Assembly: GCA_038279365.1 (NCBI GenBank)
Contig: JAYODI010000023.1
Location: forward strand, 1 to 64,000
DNA: 64,000 nucleotides
Direction of reading: 5' to 3'
DNA from: Candidatus Latescibacterota bacterium
GTDB taxonomy: Bacteria; Latescibacterota; UBA2968
Positions 39,086-50,209 of the stretch are shown here, piece after piece (positions within the stretch are counted from its first letter, which is position 1; each line of letters starts with the position of its first letter). Made by a program: the position numbers and the translations under genes. The notes under the pieces are model-generated. The model ran no database searches. It saw nothing but the letters and a program-made list of their open reading frames with translations, and was not told the origin of the DNA.

Positions 39086-40360
39086 TCACACATCGCCAAT
39101 CTGTGGCACAATCATCTTTGCCAACCAGTCGAGAGGCATCTTTTTGCCCAACAAAAAAAACTTTCGTTCAGGATACCACAACACGGGCATCCCATTGCGA
39201 ATGGTTACGCTGTCATACATTGCCAAATCGGTTCGACCACGACCATACCCTACTTTATTGCCCGTATTGTCCATCATAAAAACGGGTTCGGCAAACCAAA
39301 TGGGTTGGTGTGCCCCTGATCGAAATTGACCATGTGCCACATAAATAGGTCTGCGATGCCAAGACGTATCTTGAGGTGTCCATTCTTCAAAGTGACCGTC
39401 GTGGTTATGAAACAAAAAGAAATATTCGCCTTCATCCACACAATACATGGGGCAAGGGCTCAAAGGATGTTTAAATATTGGCCCGCCATCAAATTGGCGC
39501 AAAGGTTCGGGAGATTGCCACGTCATGCCTTCATCATCAGACACTGTCCAATAAGGGTGCCCCGTCATCGTGCGCACCACACAAAACAATCGTCCATCGG
39601 GTAACGGAACAATTGTGGGTTCGTGTACCACACTCACTTCAGGGTGATCGGGCAATGGAACTTGTAAAGCATCGTGATCTTTCATAAAAAACTGCAACAC
39701 AATGGCCCCCACCTCGGGGTCGTCATCTATATTCTCAAACCGCATAAACTCTGTTACCGACGCATCACCCGTCCACCGTCCATAAGGGTTTTGGGCTCTA
39801 ACCGCAGGACTCACCCAACGCGTAAACCCAGCATAATATTTCCCTTCTGACAAACGCAGCGGCTTTTGCCAGACAATCCAATTGGCTGGTATTTCTGGAT
39901 CAGGATTATCCCACACACTGCGTCGCATAGGCACCCATTGCTCCTGCGACCACGTCTTTCCACAATCGTCACTATAAATCCCCGCCATCCACCCCGTTGT
40001 GTGTGTGCCATAATCATTGATACCAATATGTCTGCTGTAGAGCACATAAATACGCCCAGAATGTGACACCATTGGAAAAGCCCAACTGGCCATTCCTTTG
40101 CCTGTGCGAGGATCTTCTGCCGCAATGACCACGGGGTCTGACCAAGATATGCCTTCATCATCACTGCGAGAAAACACAATGTGCTGATCGGCCATGCCTT
40201 CAAATGTGCTTTGTGTCCACACAGCCATCAAAGATCCATCAGGCCCATCGAATACCAAAAAGTGCTCATTGCCCGAATCACCTTTGGGGTCATCCAACTG
40301 CTTCGGCACATACACAACATAATCGGGCTGTGTACTGTTTAATTCTTGCTCCAAATCCAT
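39086..40360 (-). CDS. BNR/Asp-box sialidase-like protein
   Basis: Asp-boxes SDDEGISW, SDDCGKTW, SDDEGMTW. Confidence 0.85.
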   Translation of the reverse strand: MDLEQELNSTQPDYVVYVPKQLDDPKGDSGNEHFLVFDGPDGSLMAVWTQSTFEGMADQHIVFSRSDDEGISWSDPVVIAAEDPRTGKGMASWAFPMVSHSGRIYVLYSRHIGINDYGTHTTGWMAGIYSDDCGKTWSQEQWVPMRRSVWDNPDPEIPANWIVWQKPLRLSEGKYYAGFTRWVSPAVRAQNPYGRWTGDASVTEFMRFENIDDDPEVGAIVLQFFMKDHDALQVPLPDHPEVSVVHEPTIVPLPDGRLFCVVRTMTGHPYWTVSDDEGMTWQSPEPLRQFDGGPIFKHPLSPCPMYCVDEGEYFFLFHNHDGHFEEWTPQDTSWHRRPIYVAHGQFRSGAHQPIWFAEPVFMMDNTGNKVGYGRGRTDLAMYDSVTIRNGMPVLWYPERKFFLLGKKMPLDWLAKMIVPQIGDV

Positions 40361-40554
40361 AACACATCCACCTTTCACAAACTCACGTATTAGAAAAATT
40401 ACACCTGCGCATTAACCTTCCAAAATCGCCCCATTCGCCATTGACGACACACCACATCTTCTGTAAAGTTTGAAAAGGTATAAAACACATATCCCGCAAG
40501 AAGCGCAAGCCATAACGCCACATCATACATCGGTGAAAAATTTCCGATAAGGAG

Positions 40555-41034
40555 ATGGATATGCAAACTGTTGAAGACAGAATTGCCAACAAATACTTTG
40601 ATCAACTGGATCAACAGATTTCCACTTGGATGAATCATACAGGTGTCATTGTTTTGCGTATTGGATTGGGCATTGTTTTTTTCTGGTTTGGTCTGCTTAA
40701 ATTTTTTCCCAACTTAAGCCCTGCCGAAGGGCTGGTGCGCAACACCGTTTATTTTATGAATCCCGATATCTTCTTGCCCATATTAGCCGTTTGGGAAACC
40801 TTAATTGGCATTGGCCTCATCACCAACAAATTCATGCGTCTCACGATCTTATTGCTTTTTTTACAAATGCCAGGAACCGCACTTCCGCTCATCATTTTAC
40901 CCGATGTGGTGTGGACTGTTTTTCCTTATGGACTCACGTTAGAAGGGCAGTATATTGTTAAGAACCTCGTTCTGATTGGTGCAGGCTTGGTTTTGGGTGG
41001 ACAAGTGCGCAATCAAAACGATACCACCTCATAA
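40555..41034 (+). CDS. DoxX/YkgB-like membrane protein
   Basis: [17 protein letters not shown]...[10 protein letters not shown]. Confidence 0.8.
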   Translation: MDMQTVEDRIANKYFDQLDQQISTWMNHTGVIVLRIGLGIVFFWFGLLKFFPNLSPAEGLVRNTVYFMNPDIFLPILAVWETLIGIGLITNKFMRLTILLLFLQMPGTALPLIILPDVVWTVFPYGLTLEGQYIVKNLVLIGAGLVLGGQVRNQNDTTS

Positions 41035-41088
41035 AACAATGATGGATATTAAAATTTCATTCCACCACCACACACTGAGGGAAAAATT

Positions 41089-41811
41089 ATGTACCGTTCT
41101 GAAACCCTTACCGTTCAAAACAATCCCATGAACACCCTCATTTTTGAACCCGAAGGCAATGGCCCCCACCCAGGCCTCATCATTGCGCAACACTTGCCCG
41201 TTGCACATGCGGGCTTAGAAAAAGACCCCTTCACCATTGATATTGGAAAACGCTATGCTGCCGCGGGGTATGTGTGTGCCATCCCGTTCATTTTTCACTG
41301 GTGGCCAGAAGATGAAGATGTGACCGTAAAACGCGAAGGTTTTCGAGATGATTGGACGGTGGCCGACTTGGATGTCACATTTCAATATTTGGCAGGCTTG
41401 AAAAATGTAGATGAACACAACATTGGCATATTGGGTCACTGCTGGGGTGGGCGTGTGGCCTGGTTGGGCGCGTGTAACAACCCCAAACTCAAAGCGTGTG
41501 GTGTGTTTTATGGCGGGCGTGTGAATGTTGCCTTTGCCGATGGTGGGCCAGCACCTATTGAACTTACAGAAAAGATTCAATGCCCCGTATTAGGTATATT
41601 TGGCAATGACGACCAAAATCCATCACCAGAATTGGTCAATGGCTATGAAATGGCTCTTAAAAATGCCAACATAGAGTATGCGTTTCATCGCTACGACGGA
41701 GCAGGACATGGCTTTCAAGACCACACCAATGTAGATCGTTACCGACCACAACAATCGGAAGATGCTTGGGAAAAGACGATTGCTTTTTTGGATAAGAATT
41801 TGAAACCGTAG
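41089..41811 (+). CDS. dienelactone hydrolase family
   Basis: GHCWGG nucleophile, YDGAGHGF. Confidence 0.9.
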   Translation: MYRSETLTVQNNPMNTLIFEPEGNGPHPGLIIAQHLPVAHAGLEKDPFTIDIGKRYAAAGYVCAIPFIFHWWPEDEDVTVKREGFRDDWTVADLDVTFQYLAGLKNVDEHNIGILGHCWGGRVAWLGACNNPKLKACGVFYGGRVNVAFADGGPAPIELTEKIQCPVLGIFGNDDQNPSPELVNGYEMALKNANIEYAFHRYDGAGHGFQDHTNVDRYRPQQSEDAWEKTIAFLDKNLKP

Positions 41812-41874
41812 GACGTTTCGGGCATTACCTTTTTAATGTGAAATAGCCAAACCATTGACAACAAGGGAATACCG

Positions 41875-42732
41875 ATGAATCATACACCACAAAAAACCGC
41901 CCCCATCATTTTGGAATTATGGCCAGGCCCCGTGCCCAAAGACATTGGTATTGAAGGCGAAGAAAAAACGCGAATCTACGACTCCAAGTTGGTCAGCACA
42001 ACAACACTGATCACCAATGTCACGCGTCCCTCGATCACCGTATACTTACCACCTCCAGAAAAAAACACAGGCACAGCCATGATCATTTGCCCTGGTGGTG
42101 GATATTGGGATCTCTTTTGGGAATTGGAGGGCGAAGAAGTGGTCGCGTGGTTGCTGGAACAAGGCATTGCAGGTATCATTCTCAAATACCGCGTGCCTCG
42201 CAGACCTGGTGAAGAAAAGCGTGTGCCTCCAGTTGGCCCCCAGTTAGACGCCCAGCGTGCGGTGAGTATGGTGCGCCACCACGCCACAGAGTGGGGCATT
42301 GATCACAAGCGCATTGGCATGGTCGGTTTCTCTGCAGGAGGGCACTTGGCTCTTGCAACCGCCACACAATTTAACACACGCACATATGATGCCCAGGACA
42401 GCATCGACACCGTGAGTTGTCGCCCAGATTTTGCAATCTTGTGTTACTCAGGTTTTCTCAAACATCGTGAATCCGATGCCATTTGGCCCGACCTGCACAT
42501 TCATCCCAACACGCCTCCAGTCTTCTTAACACACGCCAGTGACGACAGCATATCGGAAGTAGATCACAGTGTGATCATGTATCTCGCGCTTCACCGAGCG
42601 GGCATCCCCACCGAATTACATGCCTATACATCAGGTGAACACGACTTTGGTGTGCGTCAAAATGACAAACTGCCATCGAGTTGGCCCAACCTTTGCCTTT
42701 GTTGGTTGCGCAGCCTTGATTTGCTCACATAG
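41875..42732 (+). CDS. alpha/beta hydrolase (carbohydrate-esterase-like)
   Basis: ICPGGGY, GFSAGGH, RPDF, GEHDFG. Confidence 0.88.
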   Translation: MNHTPQKTAPIILELWPGPVPKDIGIEGEEKTRIYDSKLVSTTTLITNVTRPSITVYLPPPEKNTGTAMIICPGGGYWDLFWELEGEEVVAWLLEQGIAGIILKYRVPRRPGEEKRVPPVGPQLDAQRAVSMVRHHATEWGIDHKRIGMVGFSAGGHLALATATQFNTRTYDAQDSIDTVSCRPDFAILCYSGFLKHRESDAIWPDLHIHPNTPPVFLTHASDDSISEVDHSVIMYLALHRAGIPTELHAYTSGEHDFGVRQNDKLPSSWPNLCLCWLRSLDLLT

Positions 42733-42871
42733 ACCACAAAAACCACTGACCGCCATTTTCAATCACCTTTCTCTTAAGAGGGAGGTGATTTTTTATTTTT
42801 GATCTCAAAATTGCATCGTTATCTTAATCCAAGAATAAGACAACCCAAAAACTTTCAATAGAGGTCAGACT

Positions 42872-43804
42872 ATGTCACTTGCAATGACGCCACAGCAAAA
42901 ACACGACTTTGAAAACAAGGGATTCATCATCTTAGAAGACTTTTTAACACCCGAAGAATTAGACCGCATATTGGGTGCCATAGACGAAGTGGCCGACCGC
43001 GTACAAAAAGCACAAGGCCTTGGCCCAACAGATCCTTTTCAGGTGCGCAATGTACTGGCCCAACACGATGCTTTTCTCGACCTCATAGACAACCCCAGAA
43101 TTTTACCCTTGGTGGTAGATGCCATTGGCTGGAACATTCAAATTCGCACCTCTCACTTAGATTATCGCCCACCATATCCCAAAGACCTGCAAGCAGGTAA
43201 AGTAGGCGTGGGCAAAGGTGATGATCAAAGCGCAGGATATCGCAACCTTGCTTGGCACCCCGATTTGGCAGGCGATTACCTTTTCCAAGCCCCCTCACTA
43301 GATGGACGGTTGCCCTTTATGGAAATCAAAGTCTTCTACGTGCTTTCCGACCTGAGTGAATCCAACTCGGGTAACTTGTGGCTCGTTCCTGGCAGTCACA
43401 ACCGCACACCACAAGAGCTGAAAGAAATGGGCCGAGATGTGAACCCCGAAGAAGCTGTGGAACTCAAATTGCGCCCTGGATCTGCTGTTTTGTGGCGCAC
43501 GGCAACATGGCATTGTGTGGGCCCAAACACATCGGATAAAACGCGCAAAATTATGCACATCGGGTATCATTATCGCTGGTTGCGCCCCACCGATTACACC
43601 CATCAAGACCCTGCTCTGATTGCCCGTTGTTCACCCATTCGCCGCCAATTATTAGGTGAAGTAGCAGAAGGTCATCACCCCTTAGGCGATGCCCCCGACT
43701 TTCAACCCTCATCGCGTTATTGGCTCATCAAAGATGCCGAAGACGTGCCACTTAAGGCGTGGGCCGAAGCACAAAAAACCCAATCACTTGTTGGCGCGGT
43801 CTAA
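42872..43804 (+). CDS. phytanoyl-CoA dioxygenase (PhyH) family
   Basis: WHPD, VPGSH, TWH. Confidence 0.88.
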   Translation: MSLAMTPQQKHDFENKGFIILEDFLTPEELDRILGAIDEVADRVQKAQGLGPTDPFQVRNVLAQHDAFLDLIDNPRILPLVVDAIGWNIQIRTSHLDYRPPYPKDLQAGKVGVGKGDDQSAGYRNLAWHPDLAGDYLFQAPSLDGRLPFMEIKVFYVLSDLSESNSGNLWLVPGSHNRTPQELKEMGRDVNPEEAVELKLRPGSAVLWRTATWHCVGPNTSDKTRKIMHIGYHYRWLRPTDYTHQDPALIARCSPIRRQLLGEVAEGHHPLGDAPDFQPSSRYWLIKDAEDVPLKAWAEAQKTQSLVGAV

Positions 43805-44562
43805 TGTCTATGCCCCCATTCTCAGCCAAACAATACACCGAAGAAGGTTATACGGGTCCCATATCGCTCCTCAGCCCAGAACAAGCGGCCATTTACCGCC
43901 AAGCTTTTTTTAATGCCATTGGTCAAGATGAAAAAAAACCAGGCCCTGCCAAATCTTCGGTTTCAGGTTTCAACCTCAAACACCGATGGGCACACGACAT
44001 TGCCACCCACCCCATCCTTCTCAACCATATTGAAGAAGTGTTGGGCCCCAATCTCATGTGCTGGGCCATGTATTTTTGGTATAAGGAACCCCACAATACC
44101 AAATACATTCCGTGGCACCAAGATGCCGTTTATTGGCCCATGCAACCGCGCATCAACATGACCGCGTGGGTGGCCTTAAGCCCCACCTTTAAAGAAAATG
44201 GTTGCTTGCGCATCATTCCTGGTTCTCATAAAAAATGGCTCGATGACCATTACCAAGACCTCGACAGTGGTGCCCAATTTGGTCGTGGTTTGTCTGCCGA
44301 TCAAGTAGATGAATCACAGGCCATTGACCTTGAAATGAACCCAGGTGACGTCATCTTTTTTTCAGAAGCCACCTTGCACAGTTCCACCACCAACATCAGC
44401 AACACCCCACGTGTGGCCTGCTCCATTCGTTACACCACCCCCGAAGTGGTCTTTGACACCGAAGAAGTCTTTAAACGCTTTGACCACGTGCGCCCTATCT
44501 TGGTGCGCGGAGAAGACACACACCACCACAACGACGCCATTGCAGGTAAAATTCCCACATAG
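43804..44562 (+). CDS. PhyH family dioxygenase
   Basis: PWHQD, ENGCL.IIPGSH, LHSS; TAATG overlap with the previous gene. Confidence 0.88.
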   Translation: MSMPPFSAKQYTEEGYTGPISLLSPEQAAIYRQAFFNAIGQDEKKPGPAKSSVSGFNLKHRWAHDIATHPILLNHIEEVLGPNLMCWAMYFWYKEPHNTKYIPWHQDAVYWPMQPRINMTAWVALSPTFKENGCLRIIPGSHKKWLDDHYQDLDSGAQFGRGLSADQVDESQAIDLEMNPGDVIFFSEATLHSSTTNISNTPRVACSIRYTTPEVVFDTEEVFKRFDHVRPILVRGEDTHHHNDAIAGKIPT

Positions 44563-44569
44563 AGCCCTC

Positions 44570-45814
44570 ATGAATAAACTCATCACAGCAGACCACTTGT
44601 TTGACGGTGTTGATGGCAACATATGCAAAGACCAAGCCATACACATTGCCAATGGCCGTATTGTTGCAATAGATCACAAACAAGCCCTACAAAAAGAATT
44701 ACCTCCCGACACAGAAATGATCGACTTGGGTAATATCTGCTTGGCTCCAGGCCTCATTGACAGCCACACCCACGTTACCTTGCCGGGTGACAGCCACACC
44801 TATGAAGAAATGTTTTCTGAAACCGATGAAATGATGGCCCTTACGGGTGTTATGAACCTACAAATCCATTTAAAAGCAGGCATTACATCGGTACGCGAAC
44901 ACGGTGCGCGCAACAAACTCGGTTTTGTTTTAAAAGAAGGCGTAAAAAGAGGCTACTTTCCAAGCCCGCGTATGCTCGTAAGTGGCCGCCCCATTACTTG
45001 CACGGGCGGGCATTTTCATTTTTGTAATGAAGTAGCCGATGGCCCCGACGAAATTCGTCGCTCCGTTCGCCGGCTCGTTCACGAAGGTGCCGACTATATC
45101 AAAATTATGGCATCAGGAGGTGGCACATTAGGCACCCTTCCAGGACGCGCCAGTTACACCACAGAAGAACTTCATGCAGCCGTTCACGAAGCCCATCATT
45201 TTCATAAGCTCACCGCTGCCCATTGTCGTGCCAAAGAGTCGATGGTGCGCGCCATTGATGCAGGCATAGATCTCATGGAACACGCCGAATTTTTAGACCC
45301 CGACGACATCATCCGCTTTGATCCCGACTTGGCAAAAAAAATGGCCGAATCCCAAATATGGATCAGCCCCACCCTACAAGCGTGGACGCGTTATTATCGC
45401 ATTGTGCACCTTCGCAGCCTACGAGAAACATCTACCTTATCGCCCTCAGAAGAAGCAGAACTTGCCCACTTAGAAACCCGAATGGCATCCCGCTTAGACA
45501 TCATGCGCCAAATGCTCGACTTTGGCATGAAAGACCGCATTGTTCCTGGCACCGATTCTGGCGTGCAAAACTTCGCGTTTGGACACCTAGACTACGACCT
45601 CCAAATCTTAACCCAAATAGGCTTCACACCTGCCGAAGCCCTCATATCGGCCACAAAAACTTCCGCAGAAGCTATTGGACTGGCCGATCAAATGGGCACA
45701 TTGGAAGTCGGCAAGGTGGCCGACATTGTGGCCCTTGATGGTGATCCAACAAAAGACATTGGTGCGTGTAGCCGTGTCAAGGCAGTGTTTTTGGAAGGCA
45801 ATCGGGTCGGGTAG
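44570..45814 (+). CDS. metal-dependent amidohydrolase
   Basis: PGLIDSHTH, GADYIKIMASGG, GTDSG, GKVADIV. Confidence 0.9.
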   Translation: MNKLITADHLFDGVDGNICKDQAIHIANGRIVAIDHKQALQKELPPDTEMIDLGNICLAPGLIDSHTHVTLPGDSHTYEEMFSETDEMMALTGVMNLQIHLKAGITSVREHGARNKLGFVLKEGVKRGYFPSPRMLVSGRPITCTGGHFHFCNEVADGPDEIRRSVRRLVHEGADYIKIMASGGGTLGTLPGRASYTTEELHAAVHEAHHFHKLTAAHCRAKESMVRAIDAGIDLMEHAEFLDPDDIIRFDPDLAKKMAESQIWISPTLQAWTRYYRIVHLRSLRETSTLSPSEEAELAHLETRMASRLDIMRQMLDFGMKDRIVPGTDSGVQNFAFGHLDYDLQILTQIGFTPAEALISATKTSAEAIGLADQMGTLEVGKVADIVALDGDPTKDIGACSRVKAVFLEGNRVG

Positions 45815-45955
45815 TATGCGTGCAACAGACAGACGGAAAACGGTAAACGACTGACCGCTGATCGCAAAACAATCGACATCGCTTCAACGGATCACTTGCC
45901 TAAATAACATTATTAATTACCCCTCAAATAACACGCCAAACATCGTGAGACAATT

Positions 45956-46813
45956 ATGGCAACACGCATAGAATCACAGAACGCGGAACTATCCCAATCC
46001 GAAATCGCACAATTTCAAGAAGATGGATTTCTTGTTATTGACAATGTCTTCTCACCCGAAGAAGTCGAAGCCTTACGCCAAGCAACACAAGACCCAGCCA
46101 TTGTAGAAGAAATAAAAAAGCGCGACTTTGAAAACACAACCGTTCACCTCTTAAGCCTTGCCGCACGCCACCCTGCGTTTCTGGCGCTGGCCAAAGATCC
46201 GCGCATCATCAACCGCATCAAACCCTTCATTGGCCCAGACATTCAGTTGCAACATTCCAAACTCACCACCAAACCCCCAACCAAAGGCAAAGGCCCCTTT
46301 GCGTGGCACCAAGACTTTGCCTTCTTTCCGCATACCAACACAGACTTGGTAGCTGTTATGGTCATGCTTGATGACGCCACCCCCGAAAATGGCTGTATGC
46401 AAATGGTCAAAGGCAGTTACAAATTAGGGCTTCGCAACCACATCAAAGACGGAATCTTTACGGGCGGATGCCAAGAACCTGAGCTTTGGGCAGACAAAGA
46501 AAAAATCACCTACATCACCCCCAAAGCTGGAGGCATCAGCATTCACCACTGCCTCTCACTACACGGTTCAGAAGTGAACCAATCGGGCAAACCCCGTCGG
46601 GGCATTGTCTTCCAATATCGCGCCGACGACGCCTATCAATTGGCCGACAACATTTGGGAAGACACGGGTTTGCTCATGTGTGGTCAATATAAAGAACACG
46701 TGCGTTGCGAACCCAACGTCATTCAACTGCCCAAACGACACCGTGAACCACCCTTTGGCAGCGTGTGGAACCAAGACGGTGCATTAGCAAAAAAACGAGA
46801 TTATTTCAAATAG
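45956..46813 (+). CDS. PhyH family dioxygenase
   Basis: WHQD, ENGCM, LHGS..N. Confidence 0.88.
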   Translation: MATRIESQNAELSQSEIAQFQEDGFLVIDNVFSPEEVEALRQATQDPAIVEEIKKRDFENTTVHLLSLAARHPAFLALAKDPRIINRIKPFIGPDIQLQHSKLTTKPPTKGKGPFAWHQDFAFFPHTNTDLVAVMVMLDDATPENGCMQMVKGSYKLGLRNHIKDGIFTGGCQEPELWADKEKITYITPKAGGISIHHCLSLHGSEVNQSGKPRRGIVFQYRADDAYQLADNIWEDTGLLMCGQYKEHVRCEPNVIQLPKRHREPPFGSVWNQDGALAKKRDYFK

Positions 46814-46885
46814 ACAATTTCATATATTTCAATCAGTTATTAATTTTAACAAGAAACTGTTTTCGTAAGGATACTTTCAGCCAAA

Positions 46886-46912
46886 AAGAATGAGACACAA
46901 GGTCTCATTCTT
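46886..46912. terminator. hairpin between convergent genes
   Basis: AAGAATGAGAC-ACAAG-GTCTCATTCTT. Confidence 0.65.
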
Positions 46913-46921
46913 AAATACCCA

Positions 46922-48016
46922 TTACGGCTTCCAAATCGTGGCACCAATATAACGATCCCCTTCTGCCGTATTGTTGTAATAATAAGCCGTCACAATAGCG
47001 CCATCGGCCCTCAACACAGTACGTGGATAGCCAATGTCTGGATTGCCACCGTCTTTGCGCAACACAATGTCTTCGCTCCAAGTTACCCCTTCATCTTCAC
47101 TGATTTTGGCACGAATACCAAATGGTGCGGCCCGATAGCCATAAACCAGCACGATACGCCCATCTGCCAATCGCGTGAGCGTTGGCGGGTTGCCCCCCAT
47201 GCCCGATGCCGGAACGGGTTGGCCCACAAGTGACCACGTAAGGCCATTGTCCTGGGTCATATACGTGTCAATCCAGTGCTTCACCTCTGTAAATACGCCC
47301 TTATCGCTACACCTTACCGCCACCAAAATGCGTTTGTCATCCAACCGCAAGCTGGCGGGCATAATTTGAAAACCTTCCGGTTCCTTGCTTAGCCACGACA
47401 CAAACCCAAACTTGCGCCCACCATCTACGCTGCGTGCACAAAACACACGTCCCTCGTGACCATTCTTTTTATTGGCCGTCAAAAACAACGTCGCCACATT
47501 GGCACTGTCCACAATATAATCCGTACGCGCAGCAATGCCTGTTTGCCCCCAGGTGGGCAACCAAAATGGCCCTTCCCAAGACTGACACCGATCCATCGAA
47601 TAATACCAAAAAGAGCGCACACCCGGCCGAAGACCTGTTTTGGCGCACATCAGAGCAAAATCGGGGTGTGAAAAATGAACCCCACCCAAACAATCTACGG
47701 GGCCATTTTCACCATCTAACACCTCGCCGACCCACAATCCTTCATTCATGTGCTCATCTGCCGACAAACCCCGTCCACCAGGTGTCTTGCAAGGCATGGG
47801 AACCACATCCCAACTTTCGCCACCATTGACACTACGCGCCTGCATATTGACAAACGGTCGCGTTTTATCACGTGCATGAAAGCCACCCTCGGGGTCGGTA
47901 TAACCCACCGTAAATCCCAACACAATTTCATCACCCCACCCCCAAATGCCATAATTGGCGGGCCACCCCGCAAACCGTCCTTTTTCACGATAAACCTCAA
48001 CGTGCATCACATCCAT
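46922..48016 (-). CDS. BNR/Asp-box sialidase-like protein
   Basis: SVNGGESW, SVDGGRKF, TQDNGLTW, SEDEGVTW, DIGYP. Confidence 0.85.
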   Translation of the reverse strand: MDVMHVEVYREKGRFAGWPANYGIWGWGDEIVLGFTVGYTDPEGGFHARDKTRPFVNMQARSVNGGESWDVVPMPCKTPGGRGLSADEHMNEGLWVGEVLDGENGPVDCLGGVHFSHPDFALMCAKTGLRPGVRSFWYYSMDRCQSWEGPFWLPTWGQTGIAARTDYIVDSANVATLFLTANKKNGHEGRVFCARSVDGGRKFGFVSWLSKEPEGFQIMPASLRLDDKRILVAVRCSDKGVFTEVKHWIDTYMTQDNGLTWSLVGQPVPASGMGGNPPTLTRLADGRIVLVYGYRAAPFGIRAKISEDEGVTWSEDIVLRKDGGNPDIGYPRTVLRADGAIVTAYYYNNTAEGDRYIGATIWKP

Positions 48017-48020
48017 TCAA

Positions 48021-49292
48021 TCACTCCTTCACCGCAATAAACAACGCATCACCCTGAAACATATTCATGCCAATTTGCGACACCTCACCCGTCACGACAA
48101 CAGGCACAGTATAACGTTTATTCGTCAAATCAATCAACGTGCAATCATATCCACTCAAATCCATCGCCACGTCAATATCGTAAGCACACGGTGTGTAAAG
48201 CACCACTTTAGAAACATCGGCATTCACAGACAAACGCACCGCATCATCGTCACCTACCACACAGTCTGAGGGTTCAACATCCAACAAACCATATTGCTCC
48301 CAAATCCACTTCGCATAGGCCACATCCCACGCCCCATCCAAACGCACCCCAACTTCCCAATCATAAGGCACAAATTTGCGCGAAGGGTTCACAAACCCCA
48401 TACCATCAAAATGGCACGACCACACCCCATGAGCACCATAGGCCATGCCCATCTTCGCACCAGACAACAAACTTTGCCACGTGGCCTTGCGCATATCAAA
48501 CGCATCAAACCGCATTCGAGAAGGGGCGTTAACTTTGCCGTGGCCTTCATAACACGGTTCACTGTTTACCACAGGTCGCTTGATGGTGCTGTTATAATGC
48601 TTCTGTGCCGACAAATAAGGCGTTTTCTGCTCCAGCCCATGCCCCGATTGATACATATAAAAATCGACCCGCTCTTCAAATATCAAAGGCAAGTCTCGCC
48701 CCGTAGCCAAATGCATCGACAACAACGCATCGGGGCATTCGCGCTTTGTAATCTCCAACGCCTCCAAATAATACGTCACTTCTTCATCGTGGTTCCACTC
48801 GGTATCGCCACTGATAAAAAAAATCGGATCATATTTTTTAAACCGACGAACGGCATAAGCCACATAAGCCCGCATATCCTCCAAAGACATACCCGTATTT
48901 TCAGGACTTCGTTCACACGCCCTAGTTTTGGGCACATAACATTTCCAAAGCACACCCAGCACGGGCACAAAACCCGCGTCCACAGCCATTTGCACCATTT
49001 CTTCGGCTCGGTCAAAATACCCATCATTTAACCGCGACACATCCCATTTCCCATGCTGGTCGCGCCAGAAAGGGTCCACATTGGTCACGGAAGAGCTCGC
49101 ATCGTGCGCCACAGGCAAAATGCTGATCTGAATGGCATTAAACCCCTGCATTTTGCGATATCGCAAATAGGGTCCCCAACGATCCAAAGGCAAATTGGCA
49201 AACGCCGCCCAAACCGTATCGGCCAAATAAAAAAATGGCTTTCCATTTCGCAGCAAATAATCTTTGGTTTTTGAAACTTCTAATTGCCGCAT
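48021..49292 (-). CDS. DUF4038 / apiosidase-like glycoside hydrolase
   Basis: GKPFFYLADTVW, QGFNAIQ, YQSGH, NSEPCYEG. Confidence 0.82.
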   Translation of the reverse strand: MRQLEVSKTKDYLLRNGKPFFYLADTVWAAFANLPLDRWGPYLRYRKMQGFNAIQISILPVAHDASSSVTNVDPFWRDQHGKWDVSRLNDGYFDRAEEMVQMAVDAGFVPVLGVLWKCYVPKTRACERSPENTGMSLEDMRAYVAYAVRRFKKYDPIFFISGDTEWNHDEEVTYYLEALEITKRECPDALLSMHLATGRDLPLIFEERVDFYMYQSGHGLEQKTPYLSAQKHYNSTIKRPVVNSEPCYEGHGKVNAPSRMRFDAFDMRKATWQSLLSGAKMGMAYGAHGVWSCHFDGMGFVNPSRKFVPYDWEVGVRLDGAWDVAYAKWIWEQYGLLDVEPSDCVVGDDDAVRLSVNADVSKVVLYTPCAYDIDVAMDLSGYDCTLIDLTNKRYTVPVVVTGEVSQIGMNMFQGDALFIAVKE

Positions 49293-49316
49293 CAGCACCT
49301 CCACCAAATGCGTGGC

Positions 49317-50153
49317 CTACGACCAAACCATCACTTCATTTTCATCTTCCGAATACCCAATAAAAACCGCCAACACAATGCGGGGTGCATCGCCTTTTAC
49401 TTCGGGCACCTCATGAATGCATCGTGTGTTAAAGAAGTATAAATCACCCGGTTCCAATTCCACCTGACAATGTTCAATACCCCTCTCTTTTGCAAATGCA
49501 TCAAAAGTCTCGGCTTCAATATGGGGTTGTACTTCGGGTTGCCACAAATAACGGTGCAAACGCGATTGCACTCCCGGTCCACTGGCATCGGCATTTTGCA
49601 AACACAACACACCCGCAAACTGATGCTTGTAACGATACACCGTATAATCTGTGCGTCCTTCACGCAAAACCACATGATCGATATGAGGTTTATAGCGTTG
49701 CCCATCATAATGCACTCGAAAAATTGCAGGCCCATACTTTTGCCCATCTGGCTCGTGGGCAACCTTTACTTCATTTTGAGGACACAACTTGGCCAAAGAA
49801 TCATAAATCAAGTCCACAGGATTATCAAAGCCCTGAAACAAAAAGTCGAACAAAAAATGTGTGGTTTTGGCATGTTCCAAAAACCGCTTTTTGTCACTGC
49901 CTCGGTTACCCAAGCTCGTGCCAATATCAATGCGTACCCGTTTATCGGCAGAAGCATGTAAGGCCTTGCCATCGCGCATCAATCCCATATCTGTAAACCG
50001 TTGAATCAACCCCTTACAATGTGCGGGATCATACGCATTGCGAATAATAAAGGCTGGCACTTCGGCATCAGCCAAGGTTTGAATCGGATTTTTGTATTTG
50101 GCCAAGGCCGTCTTTAAATCGGGTTCAACCGCTTTCCAATCACTCATCATCAT
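49317..50153 (-). CDS. 2OG-Fe(II) oxygenase-like protein
   Basis: PHID...PGDLYFFN..CIHEV....R. Confidence 0.7.
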   Translation of the reverse strand: MMMSDWKAVEPDLKTALAKYKNPIQTLADAEVPAFIIRNAYDPAHCKGLIQRFTDMGLMRDGKALHASADKRVRIDIGTSLGNRGSDKKRFLEHAKTTHFLFDFLFQGFDNPVDLIYDSLAKLCPQNEVKVAHEPDGQKYGPAIFRVHYDGQRYKPHIDHVVLREGRTDYTVYRYKHQFAGVLCLQNADASGPGVQSRLHRYLWQPEVQPHIEAETFDAFAKERGIEHCQVELEPGDLYFFNTRCIHEVPEVKGDAPRIVLAVFIGYSEDENEVMVWS

Positions 50154-50209
50154 TCCTTACCGAAATAGATCATCATAAAAATCCCTACCTTTAAAAGGTA
50201 GGGATCCCG

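Noticed and set aside
40399-40638. 79-aa minus-strand ORF
   Set aside because: Overlaps the DoxX gene start and has no recognisable motif.
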